Shown piece by piece: positions 31,967 to 41,942 of a stretch of DNA of 64,000 nt. The stretch comes from Candidatus Latescibacterota bacterium. GTDB lineage: Bacteria; Latescibacterota; UBA2968. Every line of letters begins with the position of its first letter. The stretch's first letter is position 1. The notes under the pieces were generated by a model. The model made no database searches and was not told the origin of the DNA. It worked only from the letters and a program-made list of their open reading frames with translations. The stretch lies in assembly GCA_965198115.1 (NCBI GenBank), contig OZ240241.1, forward strand, positions 3,616,001-3,680,000, given 5' to 3'. The position numbers and the translations under genes were made by a program.

Positions 31967-32937
31967 CTACTTCTCCATCTCCTCCAGCTCGGGCAATCGA
32001 TCCCGTGCACCGCTCCTGTCCAGGTAATCCTCGAACGTCTCCGTGGAATGGATCAGACGATCGACGAATTGCGCCAGCTCGTCGACATCTCTCTCGACAT
32101 CGAGCCATTCCCGCAGGTGCACCTCATCGGAAAAGTAACAACCAGCCATATTCCCGGGATAGGATCCATAAGGGACTTCGCATACGGCGTCTACGCAAAC
32201 CGACGGGATGATCGTTTCGTGGGGACTCCGCCTGATTTCATCATTCGTGACGACACGTTCGGTCGTCAGGATGACGCGTTTAGCCGCCCGTGCAAGATCG
32301 GCGTCGGCCACGGAGATACCCTCGATCCGAGCGTTCCCCAGCGCATCGCACGCGTGTACGTGGATGAAAGCCACGTCAGGATACAGGGCGGGTACCGCGG
32401 CCAGACGATGTCCCGTGAAGGGGCACTCGACGGTCTTGGCCGCGCTGCGCAGATACGTGTCCGTACCCTGTGTGCTCCGCATAGGCAAGAACGGAACGCC
32501 CGTCGCGGCAGCGCGGAGTCGCACGGCCAGAGCATAGTTAGACCACTCACAGACCTCGACATCCCCGCTTTGCATCACACGTCGGGCCTGGGGCGACAGA
32601 CCGCGCACCTCCACCCCCACGATGTAGGCGGCATCCACCCGTTCCAGGACCAGACCACGCAGATGCCCTGCGCAGAGAATTTCGAAATCGTGCGTGGTCG
32701 TATGCCCCGCGAAACCCAGACCCCGACGCTCCTGACGGACGACCTCGTGCAAGAGAGCGGTCGCAATGCGGTTCGTTCCGAACCCGCCGGAGGCAAGATA
32801 GTCGCCGTCCTTCACGAAGGCTTCGATCGCCTCCCGGACGGACATCACCTTCTCTGTCAGCGCGACTCGTTTCGTCCTGAAAAAAGCGCGTGCCCGGTCA
32901 GGGTCGGGATCGGTGAAAAGCGATCCCAGCCCGGCGC

Positions 32938-32953
<16 letters not shown>
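31967..32953 (-). CDS. CoA-transferase alpha subunit
   Basis: VKDGD..SGGF, AAATGVPFLP, PDVAFIH..DALGN motifs. Confidence 0.9.
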
Positions 32954-33724
<771 letters not shown>

Positions 33725-33742
33725 CCACAACCCAGTTCGATC

Positions 33743-33771
33743 TTGACAGAAAAATGCAGTTTGCGTATGTT
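33743..33771 (+). promoter_or_regulatory. sigma70 promoter for tRNA-Thr
   Basis: TTGACA-17 nt-TATGTT. Confidence 0.65.
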
Positions 33772-33817
33772 TATTAAGCTTTGGAAGCCGTATAAAGGGT
33801 TGAAAATACAGGATTAA

Positions 33818-33893
33818 GCCACCCTAGCTCAGCTGGTAGAGCAACGCACTCGTAATGCGTAGGTCGGCGGTTCGATCCCGCTGGGTGGCCCCA
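33818..33893 (+). tRNA. tRNA-Thr (CGT)
   Basis: Full cloverleaf: acceptor GCCACCC/GGGTGGC, anticodon arm ACGCA-CTCGTAA-TGCGT, TTCGA loop, CCA end. Confidence 0.97.
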
Positions 33894-33899
33894 TATGTA

Positions 33900-33931
33900 A
33901 AGGGCTTGTGCCGCACCGGCACAAGCCCTTT
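33900..33931 (+). terminator. intrinsic terminator after tRNA-Thr
   Basis: AAGGGCTTGTGCCG / CGGCACAAGCCCTT hairpin followed by T residues. Confidence 0.7.
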
Positions 33932-34144
33932 GTGCTTACTCTCGCCTCACGGACGACTGATCGAGTCCCAGCCAAACCTTTACCACGACCCACGAGACCT
34001 TTCACTCTCAGTGGCCTCCGTGTCCTCAGTGGCGCCTTTCGTATCCCACACCACGCCTGGCTACGACAACCTTTCCTCCCCGAATAGGGCCTGGGATCCC
34101 TCCACGACTCACTCCGTGATTCTCCGTGTCCTCCGCGGTCAGCT

Positions 34145-34816
34145 CTATGCGAGCACCTTCCCGTCTGCCTGCTTGGCCTCCCAGGCCCGCCAATCCGCCA
34201 GGAACCGCTCCAACCCGATATCCGTAAGCGGGTGGGCGAGCATCTTCTGAAGGACGTCGGGCGGCAGGGTCACGACGTCGGCTCCCGCGAGCGCGCACTC
34301 CACGACGTGCTTCGGTGACCGTAGGCTGGCGCCCAGAATCTCCGTTTCGTAGCCGTAGTTGTCGTAGATCTGACGAATCGTGCTGATCAACTCCATTCCG
34401 TCGTGCGCGATGTCGTCCAGCCGACCGATGAACGGACTGATGTAGGTCGCCCCCGCCTTCGCAGCGAGGTAGGCCTGGTTGGGAGAAAAGCAGAGCGTCA
34501 CATTCGTTCTGATCCCCTCATCGGTGCACGCCTTGATCGCCTTCAATCCTTCCGGAATGATCGGGATCTTGATCACGACATTGTCCGCCAACCCCGCGTT
34601 GTGCCGTGCCTCTTCCATCATTCCTATGAAGTCTGTGGCCACGACCTCCGCACTGACCGGGCCGTCCACCTCGGCGCAGATCTGCCGGATGATGTCGTCG
34701 AACGACCCTGACTCCTTCGAGATGTGCGACGGATTCGTCGTCACCCCGTCAAGAATGCCCATGTCATTCGCTTCCCGAATGGCATCCATATCCGCCGTAT
34801 CCACAAAAATCTTCAT
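34145..34816 (-). CDS. fsa: fructose-6-phosphate aldolase / small transaldolase (TalC type)
   Basis: IFVDTA, GVTTNPS, VIKIP, NVTLCFS and [11 protein letters not shown] motifs. Confidence 0.93.
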   Translation of the reverse strand: MKIFVDTADMDAIREANDMGILDGVTTNPSHISKESGSFDDIIRQICAEVDGPVSAEVVATDFIGMMEEARHNAGLADNVVIKIPIIPEGLKAIKACTDEGIRTNVTLCFSPNQAYLAAKAGATYISPFIGRLDDIAHDGMELISTIRQIYDNYGYETEILGASLRSPKHVVECALAGADVVTLPPDVLQKMLAHPLTDIGLERFLADWRAWEAKQADGKVLA

Positions 34817-34950
34817 CGATGAACTCCTCTCCTGGCTTCTCCGCTCTCGAAGTGTAGTGTGATCTTGTGTAGCTCGGCCTGGCGACTGAAGTGCCGGATC
34901 GGGCGTAAGCCCGTCGATCCTTCGCGCCTAGGTTCTTCGCGGCTTCGTGT

Positions 34951-35994
34951 TTAGAATACTCTTTCAACCAGAAAGGAACACATCTCGCGCAGGGTTTCCC
35001 GCGCATCTGTCTCGGGCAATCGATCCAGATACGCTTCCGCCGCCTCCGCCCGAACCTGGCATTCCTCCTGCGCCCTATCCATCGCACCCGACGCCGACAT
35101 CAGCTCGATGGCCCACTCGATGTCGACTGCCGACGTTCCGTCCCGGTCTCCATCGAGGATATCGCGCAGCTGCCGAGCATCGGCTTCAGATGAAGCGTTG
35201 AGCGAATCGATCACCATCAGGGTACGCTTCCCCTCGGCAATGTCACCACCCCGTTCCTTTCCGTAGCCACCTGCCGTGCCCGTCGGAGCTTCGACCGCGT
35301 CGTCCGTGGCGACCGTCAGGTTGAGAAGGTCATCTCGGATCTGGAAAGCTACCGCCATCCGCTCTCCGAATTCGCCCAGTGCCTCTCGCTCGTGGTCTGA
35401 AGCATTTCCGATGATGGCACCCGCCGTACAGGGACCACGACCACTATACCACCCCGTCTTCAACCGTAGCATCTCCAAAAAAGCACCGACGGTCGGAATC
35501 TCCGCCGCCTCGATCCAACCGATGTCGTAGGCTTGCCCCTCGAACGTACACCGGGCGCCCACGACCATCATCTCCAACAATTCGAAGGTCCTCGCATCGC
35601 CGAGACGATCGCGGTTGGCCACGAGGATTTCGAACATCTTCGAGTAGAGGGCGTCGCCCACGTTGATGGCCAGGGGCGTTCCGTGAAGGTGGTGGAGACA
35701 CGGCTTCCCCCGTCGCATTTCCGAGCCATCCTCGATGTCGTCGTGTACGAGGGCGAAGGACTGGAACATCTCGAAAGCCGCAGCCGTCAGAAGAGCCTCG
35801 TCCGGGCTGCCGCCGACGGCTTCGCAAGCCAGAAGCACCAGGACCGAGCGGAATCGCTTCCCTCCTCGAAGCGGGTAATCCCTCATCGGTCCATACAGAA
35901 ATCGAAGCGGCTCGTCCTCCGGCAAAAAAGCGAACAGCTCTTCGTCGATCTGTGGAACGCTGTCCTCGATGTAGGCGCGAAGTCGTTCCCTCAC
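34951..35994 (-). CDS. polyprenyl diphosphate synthase (GGPP synthase/IdsA-like)
   Basis: GGKRFR, HDDIEDGSEMRRG (FARM), GQAYD, FQIRDD (SARM) and DIAEGK motifs. Confidence 0.92.
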   Translation of the reverse strand: MRERLRAYIEDSVPQIDEELFAFLPEDEPLRFLYGPMRDYPLRGGKRFRSVLVLLACEAVGGSPDEALLTAAAFEMFQSFALVHDDIEDGSEMRRGKPCLHHLHGTPLAINVGDALYSKMFEILVANRDRLGDARTFELLEMMVVGARCTFEGQAYDIGWIEAAEIPTVGAFLEMLRLKTGWYSGRGPCTAGAIIGNASDHEREALGEFGERMAVAFQIRDDLLNLTVATDDAVEAPTGTAGGYGKERGGDIAEGKRTLMVIDSLNASSEADARQLRDILDGDRDGTSAVDIEWAIELMSASGAMDRAQEECQVRAEAAEAYLDRLPETDARETLREMCSFLVERVF

Positions 35995-38453
35995 TCTCCG
36001 AAGCTCCTCACCTTTCGCCGGATCTTCGCCTCGACGTTCGTCGGCAGTGGCTTGACCGGGATCGGGGATGCGGCAATCATCGACTCTGCGTCCACACCAG
36101 CTGCTACATTCGCTGGCCTGTCTGCCGGCCTCGGCATTTTTGGCGTATAGGGCTCCTTTTCGAGCAAGGCGTGGAGCAGCACGAGCGCAGCCTCCTTGTC
36201 CGGAATCGTCTCCCGCGTTCCGTCACCACCCAGTTCGGGGGACGCAGGCGCTCCGACACAGGACGGGCAGCCCTCCGCGCACCCGCATTCCGACACGACC
36301 ATCCAGCACGCAGAGACGACTTCCTCCATCATCTCGTAGATCTTTTCCGAAAATCCAATCCCTCCCGGGTGACGGTCGTAGAGGAACAGCGTGGGGCTCC
36401 CCGTGTTCGAACTGTCGATCGTCGTACCGATGTTCGATGGATCGCACATCGCGAACAACGGGGCGACCTCCGCAATCACGTTGGCGATCCCCTTCAGCCC
36501 TTCCGTCGGCACACGCCCGTGCGTGCGACAGAGACGCAGTGCGTCGCGGGGCGGGATCAGCCAGCACCCCATCGTGTCGAGCTTGATCTCGGGCAGGTCG
36601 AGATTCTCCCACCCGATACTGTCGCGGTCCTCGAATTTGACCTTTTTGAACATCATCACCAGCGTCGTCACGGACACATCGCCGAAGCAGGTCTGACTCA
36701 CCCGCCACGGTTGCTCGCATTCCGTTTCGTTCACTTTGATCGCCGTCTCGTCCACCGCCTGGGTATAGTAATCGAGCCCCTGCTGACTCACGTTCGCGAT
36801 CTTGCGATCCACGTCGAGCTTGTCGACAAAGTAAGTCTGGGCGTTGTGCATGTAGACGGCGTGCGTGTGGAGCTGGAAATACGAGCTCACTTCGTCCAGG
36901 GTTCCGATCACCTGCGGACCCTCGGTCGTGTCCTCGATGATCGTATACACTTTGTCGTTCATGTTGCGTAGACTGACATCAGCAGCCGGGTAACCGGATT
37001 GATTGTAGTACCAGCGCCCGTCAATCTGCCTTGCCTGGAGTTCTTCCTCCAAAATCTCGAGCAGGGCGCCCGTGAATTCGCCGAACAGCTCTCCCTCGTC
37101 GGGACGAACCGGCAGTTCCCTCAGAGCGCATCGCAAGTGACCGATCGCGATATGAGGATTGTGTGGGTCGATCGTCGCGTGCTCGGGCGACTGCTCGAAG
37201 AAATAGTCGGGGGTTCGCATCAGGAACTGGTCAATCGGCGCATTCTGCCCGATGTAGACCACGAAGGATTCGTCCGAGCTGCGCCCTGCCCTGCCGGCCT
37301 GTTGCCACATACTCGCGATAGTGCCGGGGTAACCCACAATAAGGGACGCGTCGAGGCCACCGATGTCGATGCCCAGCTCCAGGGCGTTCGTGCTGACCAC
37401 GCCGAGCAGTTCCCCGTCGAAAAGCTGCCGCTCGATCTCTCGCCGTTCCGTTGGAAGGTAGCCGCCTCGATACGCACGGATGGCGTTGGCCAGCTTCGGA
37501 CTTACGCGCGAAAGGTCGTCCTGGCAGTATCGGTAAATGACTTCGGCCGTCGTCCGCGCCCTCACGAAGGCGATCGTCTGAATACGGCCCTGAATCAGCT
37601 GAGTCATCAACGATTGGGCTTCCGTATTCGGACTGCGTCGGTCGGTCGTGCTGCCTTCTAGAAAAGGAGGATTCCAGAAGACGAACCGACGCTTGCCTTT
37701 CGGCGACCCGTCGTCGTCGACGAGCGTCATCGACTGTCCGATGAGTCCCTCGGCGTGGTCCTTCGGGTTCGCGATCGTGGCCGAACTGCAGATAAACCGG
37801 GGTGACGCATCGTAATGCTGGCAGATCCGCGTCAATCGACGAATCACGTTCCCCACGTGGGACCCGAAGATACCTCGATAGGCGTGAACCTCGTCGATGA
37901 CCACGGTACGGAGGTTTTGGAAGAACCGCCCCCAGCGAGGGTGATTGGGCAGGATACCCGTGTGCAGCATGTCCGGATTCGTGAGGATCACACGGCCTTC
38001 TTCACGCAGCTTCCGCCGCAGGTCGGGTGGCGTGTCACCGTCGTAGGTACCCGAAACCGTCGTCAGGTTCTCGCGATGTTCACCAAAACGGGCGAACCCC
38101 CGAGCCTGGTCTTGCGCAAGAGCCTTTGTCGGGAACAGATAAAGGGCGGTCGCTTCGGGCGACGCAATCAGGGTCTCGAACGTCGGTACCTGATAGCAAA
38201 GGGTCTTCCCGCTGGCCGTCGACGTCACGACCACCACGTGCTCGCCACGGCGTGCCGCGTTGATGGCCTGCGCCTGGTGTGTGTAGAGCCGCTCGATGCC
38301 CTCTGCCTCGAGCGCGCCCTCGATAGAGGCATTCAGAGGCGAGTCCAGATCGGCAAAACGGGCTTCGCGTGGCTCGATCTGTTCTACGTGGGCAACCTGC
38401 CCGGCGTAGTCGTAGCCGCTTCGGATCTGCTGAAGAAACTTGCCGAAATCCAT
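35991..38453 (-). CDS. DEAH-box helicase with DUF1998 zinc domain (MrfA/YprA/Hrq1-like)
   Basis: TASGKT, PTKALAQDQ, DEVH, SAT, QQAGRAGR and C-terminal CD..CGC..GCPSC motifs. Confidence 0.92.
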   Translation of the reverse strand: MDFGKFLQQIRSGYDYAGQVAHVEQIEPREARFADLDSPLNASIEGALEAEGIERLYTHQAQAINAARRGEHVVVVTSTASGKTLCYQVPTFETLIASPEATALYLFPTKALAQDQARGFARFGEHRENLTTVSGTYDGDTPPDLRRKLREEGRVILTNPDMLHTGILPNHPRWGRFFQNLRTVVIDEVHAYRGIFGSHVGNVIRRLTRICQHYDASPRFICSSATIANPKDHAEGLIGQSMTLVDDDGSPKGKRRFVFWNPPFLEGSTTDRRSPNTEAQSLMTQLIQGRIQTIAFVRARTTAEVIYRYCQDDLSRVSPKLANAIRAYRGGYLPTERREIERQLFDGELLGVVSTNALELGIDIGGLDASLIVGYPGTIASMWQQAGRAGRSSDESFVVYIGQNAPIDQFLMRTPDYFFEQSPEHATIDPHNPHIAIGHLRCALRELPVRPDEGELFGEFTGALLEILEEELQARQIDGRWYYNQSGYPAADVSLRNMNDKVYTIIEDTTEGPQVIGTLDEVSSYFQLHTHAVYMHNAQTYFVDKLDVDRKIANVSQQGLDYYTQAVDETAIKVNETECEQPWRVSQTCFGDVSVTTLVMMFKKVKFEDRDSIGWENLDLPEIKLDTMGCWLIPPRDALRLCRTHGRVPTEGLKGIANVIAEVAPLFAMCDPSNIGTTIDSSNTGSPTLFLYDRHPGGIGFSEKIYEMMEEVVSACWMVVSECGCAEGCPSCVGAPASPELGGDGTRETIPDKEAALVLLHALLEKEPYTPKMPRPADRPANVAAGVDAESMIAASPIPVKPLPTNVEAKIRRKVRSFGE

Positions 38454-38613
38454 CGAGCGCCAAACGGAGAGGGTGATGAGAACTGCGAAAAACCCGGGAG
38501 AGGTACCGGCCTGAAGGAGAGGATACGCGCCAGTGTTGCTGAATATAGCGGGGCTGCTCAGACCGGTCAACCGCGATGTCCGTCTCTCGCATCGACGACG
38601 CGAACGGACTGCC

Positions 38614-39549
38614 TCATTCGGGACCCGGGAGCTGCTCGTAGGCGCGAAACACCACGTCGAGATCTCGCCGTGCTTTGTCATAGCCCGAGCGGGTCGGCCC
38701 TCCGTCCAAAAAAGCCAGAAATTCGTCCATCATCGCGCCATAGCCGAGCAGATCGCCGAGTCCGGGCACGGAAAAGGCGCGTCCTCGCCCGGAGAGACTC
38801 GCATAGATGCCGTTGCTCTCGAACACGATCCTGCCTGCATCCCCAACGATCTCAGAATGCTGAAACGTCCCTTTCGTCAGGGAAGGTGTGTCCCACCCGT
38901 AATCGACCTCCCCGATGATTCCATTCTCGAATTCGACCTTCAGAACCGCGTGACGCTCCGGATCGTCTGCGCGATACCCCGGAAAGCGAGCGCGAACGTC
39001 AACGACCTCCGCATCGGCGAGTGCGGTGAGCAACGCCACGAAGTGGATGCCGCCCTCGATCAAGGCACCGTAACAGGCCCGCCAACCAGACCCTTCTTGC
39101 ATCGTACACTTCCTCAGCCGAATGCCGGTCACCCTACCTACCTCACCCGCATCGATCCACGCCCGAAGCTTCGCGAGCGAAGGCTTGAACACATAGTTCT
39201 CCGCCACCATCAGACGCGCAGTCGGTGCGGTGTCAATGGCTTGCAGCTCTGCCCGTTCCAGGCACATCGGCTTCTCGACGAGAACGGTTTTCCCCGCTTC
39301 AAGAGCCGCGATGACCTGCTCCGCGTGGACATCGGGCGGCGATGTGATCACCACCGCCTCGACCGCGGGATCGCGAATGACCGAATCATACGTGTCGTAA
39401 GTCCCTTCTCCTCCGGCCTGTGAGTTCATCGCTTCGGCGCTATCGGGCGATCGACTGTGGAACACCGCGCGCACTCGACCCCGCAACCGTTTCACGTGGG
39501 ACGCGCAGATCGCCCCACACCCCACGAAACAGACGAGCGAGTCAGCCAC
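38614..39549 (-). CDS. Gfo/Idh/MocA family oxidoreductase
   Basis: VGCGAI, VLVEKP and GALIEGGIH motifs; start overlaps the GMC stop. Confidence 0.88.
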   Translation of the reverse strand: MADSLVCFVGCGAICASHVKRLRGRVRAVFHSRSPDSAEAMNSQAGGEGTYDTYDSVIRDPAVEAVVITSPPDVHAEQVIAALEAGKTVLVEKPMCLERAELQAIDTAPTARLMVAENYVFKPSLAKLRAWIDAGEVGRVTGIRLRKCTMQEGSGWRACYGALIEGGIHFVALLTALADAEVVDVRARFPGYRADDPERHAVLKVEFENGIIGEVDYGWDTPSLTKGTFQHSEIVGDAGRIVFESNGIYASLSGRGRAFSVPGLGDLLGYGAMMDEFLAFLDGGPTRSGYDKARRDLDVVFRAYEQLPGPE

Positions 39550-41035
39550 GTACGATGCCCTCCCCGATCCTCAGAGCGTTGGCGGCGATCGTCAAGCTCG
39601 GGTTGACACCCGCTGACGTAGGAAACGCGCTGCCGTCGCTCACGTAGACGTTCTCCGCCTCCCTGAGATGCCCAGCACGATCCACCGGCCCTGCCTCTGG
39701 ATCGTCCGACATGTGGAGTGTCCCCAGCGCGTGGGAGAACGTATCGAGTCGATAGCGATACGGAAATCGTCCGCCAGCAGCTTTCAAAATCGCAGCGGCG
39801 TGATCCGCTAACAGCCGGTTGCGAGCGTAGTCGGCCGATGTGTAATCGTGGGTCACGCGTATCGTGGGGAAGCCATCGGAATCGACCCGATCGACCAGGG
39901 TCATCCTGTTGTCGCTCTGCGGCTCATCCTCGGCGACACAGAGGAGATTTTGCAGACGTCGATGCGTCAAGTCGAGGAGGCATCGCCCCCACCACGGTGC
40001 GTGGCGCTTCATCACTTCTGCCGACGGGGTGTAAATATCCTGAATCACGCCCCCGGCCGTCCCGTCCTTTTCCCGGAACGCTTCGTAGAAATCGGTTAGG
40101 CAGACTTGCTTATGGAACGTCTCATCTGGATTCGTCTGAAACGGGAAGAGGCACGTGACGATCGTGTTGCAATGCCGCATCAGATACCGCCCGACGGCCG
40201 GGTGGGAGCCCAGCCCCGACCGCATCAGAAGAGCCGGCGACTCGATCGCGCCCGCCGCAACGACGACGATGTCGGCTGACACTTCGACACGTGCCGATGT
40301 GGCCCGATCGACGCAGACGAGACCGGTCGCGTGCGGCCCGGACCGCGAGATTTCGTGCACGCGCGTATGGGCGAGGACGGTCAGCCCCGCCTCGACGGCT
40401 CGTCGCAGAAAGGTGCGCGTCACATCGTTCTTCGCTTCGAGCTTGCACGGAAACCCGTCACACGTCGTGCAGCGGATGCAACGGGGTTCCCGCTCATCCG
40501 TAAAATTGATGGCCAGCGGCAGCGGAAACGGACGATGTCCCAAAGATCTCGCTGCTTCCGCGATACGTTCGGCGGGCGCCGTGTAGTCGATGGAGCCGAA
40601 CGGATAGGGCGCCCGGCGAGGCGGTTCGAACGGATCGGCGCCGGCAGTTCCGTGCACACCCAGAATGGCTTCTGCCTCGTCGTAACGAGGCGACAGGTCC
40701 TCGTAGTCGATCGGCCAGCGTGCGAAATCCGTCTCCCGCAACCTCAGGGCGGCGCCACCGTAGAACACCGAGTTCCCCCCCACCACGGCATTCGCGTGTT
40801 CTACACGCGTAGCACCGTCCCCATAGAGCACAGATTCGTAACCGGACTCCGAACGGTATCGCTGATCGAGCAGAATCCGACGCGGCGACCAGTCGTCGTC
40901 ATCGCGAGCGGGCCATCCACCGCGCTCGATCACCACCGTGCGTAACCCCGCCTTGACGCAGGCGTAGGCTGTTGCCGCGCCGCCAAAACCGGACCCGACC
41001 ACGGCTACGTCAAAGGAGTTCGATCTCGTAGACAT
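39542..41035 (-). CDS. GMC family flavin oxidoreductase
   Basis: GSGFGG, VVGGNSVFYG, CIRCTTCDGFPC, AAGAIESP, HALGT and GVNPSLTI motifs. Confidence 0.9.
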   Translation of the reverse strand: MSTRSNSFDVAVVGSGFGGAATAYACVKAGLRTVVIERGGWPARDDDDWSPRRILLDQRYRSESGYESVLYGDGATRVEHANAVVGGNSVFYGGAALRLRETDFARWPIDYEDLSPRYDEAEAILGVHGTAGADPFEPPRRAPYPFGSIDYTAPAERIAEAARSLGHRPFPLPLAINFTDEREPRCIRCTTCDGFPCKLEAKNDVTRTFLRRAVEAGLTVLAHTRVHEISRSGPHATGLVCVDRATSARVEVSADIVVVAAGAIESPALLMRSGLGSHPAVGRYLMRHCNTIVTCLFPFQTNPDETFHKQVCLTDFYEAFREKDGTAGGVIQDIYTPSAEVMKRHAPWWGRCLLDLTHRRLQNLLCVAEDEPQSDNRMTLVDRVDSDGFPTIRVTHDYTSADYARNRLLADHAAAILKAAGGRFPYRYRLDTFSHALGTLHMSDDPEAGPVDRAGHLREAENVYVSDGSAFPTSAGVNPSLTIAANALRIGEGIVRG

Positions 41036-41813
41036 ACAGGACCGCGAGCGAAACGATGATTATCCACGCCGCATAGTGAAACTTTTCCCTGGCATCGATG
41101 TAGGTCTGAATCCGTTCCAGGTCGGGTCGGAATTTTCCCGACATGTTTCTCTGGATATACGTCTTGTAGTACTCCACCAGAAATCGCTCGAGCCCACCAT
41201 TCATGTAAATCAGGAAGCCCAGCGAAATAGGACGAGCGTCATCGTTGACGTAGTAAAAGAGCGGTGACGCAACCGCCACGACAACGGCGGACCGTTGAAA
41301 CTTGAACCACCTGAATCCTTCAAAAGGCGCGTCCTTGTAGGCACCGCCGAGGGATACGATCAGTCCGGATCCATAGGCCACGACAAGAAAGGTAAGGGGG
41401 CGCTCGATCGGCGTGGGAATCGTCAGGACGGCGAACACGCCGGCCACCAGGAGCAGACCGGCCCCACGCCGGATCCAGTCGTCCCCCACATACCTGCCCA
41501 GGAACGTGATCCTCGATGGAACGAAATACTTCGCCTGATCCTCCGTTCGGAAGAAGCCCTTGTAAAGCTCGGCCAGAAACCGCTCCAGACCCATCACGAG
41601 AAAAAACAGCTGGAAGAGAGCGAGTTCCCTGAACGGAGCAGCGAACGGTGGCAAGTAGTAAAGTAGGACGAAGAGAACGATGTGGAAGTAGATGCTGCGG
41701 GGAAAAGTCTTCGGTTTGAGACCTTCGTAGGGCGAATCCTTGAACGCCCCCCATAAACACGTGTAGAATCCGGAAACGATCGTCACGAACAAAGGCAGGA
41801 AGAGTGGATGCAT
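41010..41813 (-). CDS. uncharacterised integral membrane protein with two-fold internal repeat
   Basis: GAFKDSPYEG..FPRS..GLERFLAELYK repeated as GAYKDAPFEG..FQRS..GLERFLVEYYK; multiple TM helices. Confidence 0.8.
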   Translation of the reverse strand: MHPLFLPLFVTIVSGFYTCLWGAFKDSPYEGLKPKTFPRSIYFHIVLFVLLYYLPPFAAPFRELALFQLFFLVMGLERFLAELYKGFFRTEDQAKYFVPSRITFLGRYVGDDWIRRGAGLLLVAGVFAVLTIPTPIERPLTFLVVAYGSGLIVSLGGAYKDAPFEGFRWFKFQRSAVVVAVASPLFYYVNDDARPISLGFLIYMNGGLERFLVEYYKTYIQRNMSGKFRPDLERIQTYIDAREKFHYAAWIIIVSLAVLYVYEIELL

Positions 41814-41888
41814 CGATCGTCTCCCGGGGAACCCGAGAATCGTTGGAGAGCCTACGTCCGGGGCCGGTGTGGGTCAAGCCAGACAAAC

Positions 41889-41917
41889 AAAAAAGCGGAA
41901 CGCACGAACGTTCCGCC
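41889..41917 (-). terminator. intrinsic terminator after MMPL gene
   Basis: Minus strand GGCGGAACG-TTCGTG-CGTTCCGC-TTTTTT. Confidence 0.8.
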
Positions 41918-41942
41918 AGTGATTCGGGATCGGATACCGCAG

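Noticed and set aside
33818-33893. tRNAs as prophage or island attachment sites
   Set aside because: No integrase and no duplicated tRNA 3' end found for any of the three tRNAs.
35991-38453. DUF1998 helicase as part of DISARM or Druantia
   Set aside because: No methylase, DrmA-E or Dru partners adjacent; the architecture is that of stand-alone MrfA/YprA.
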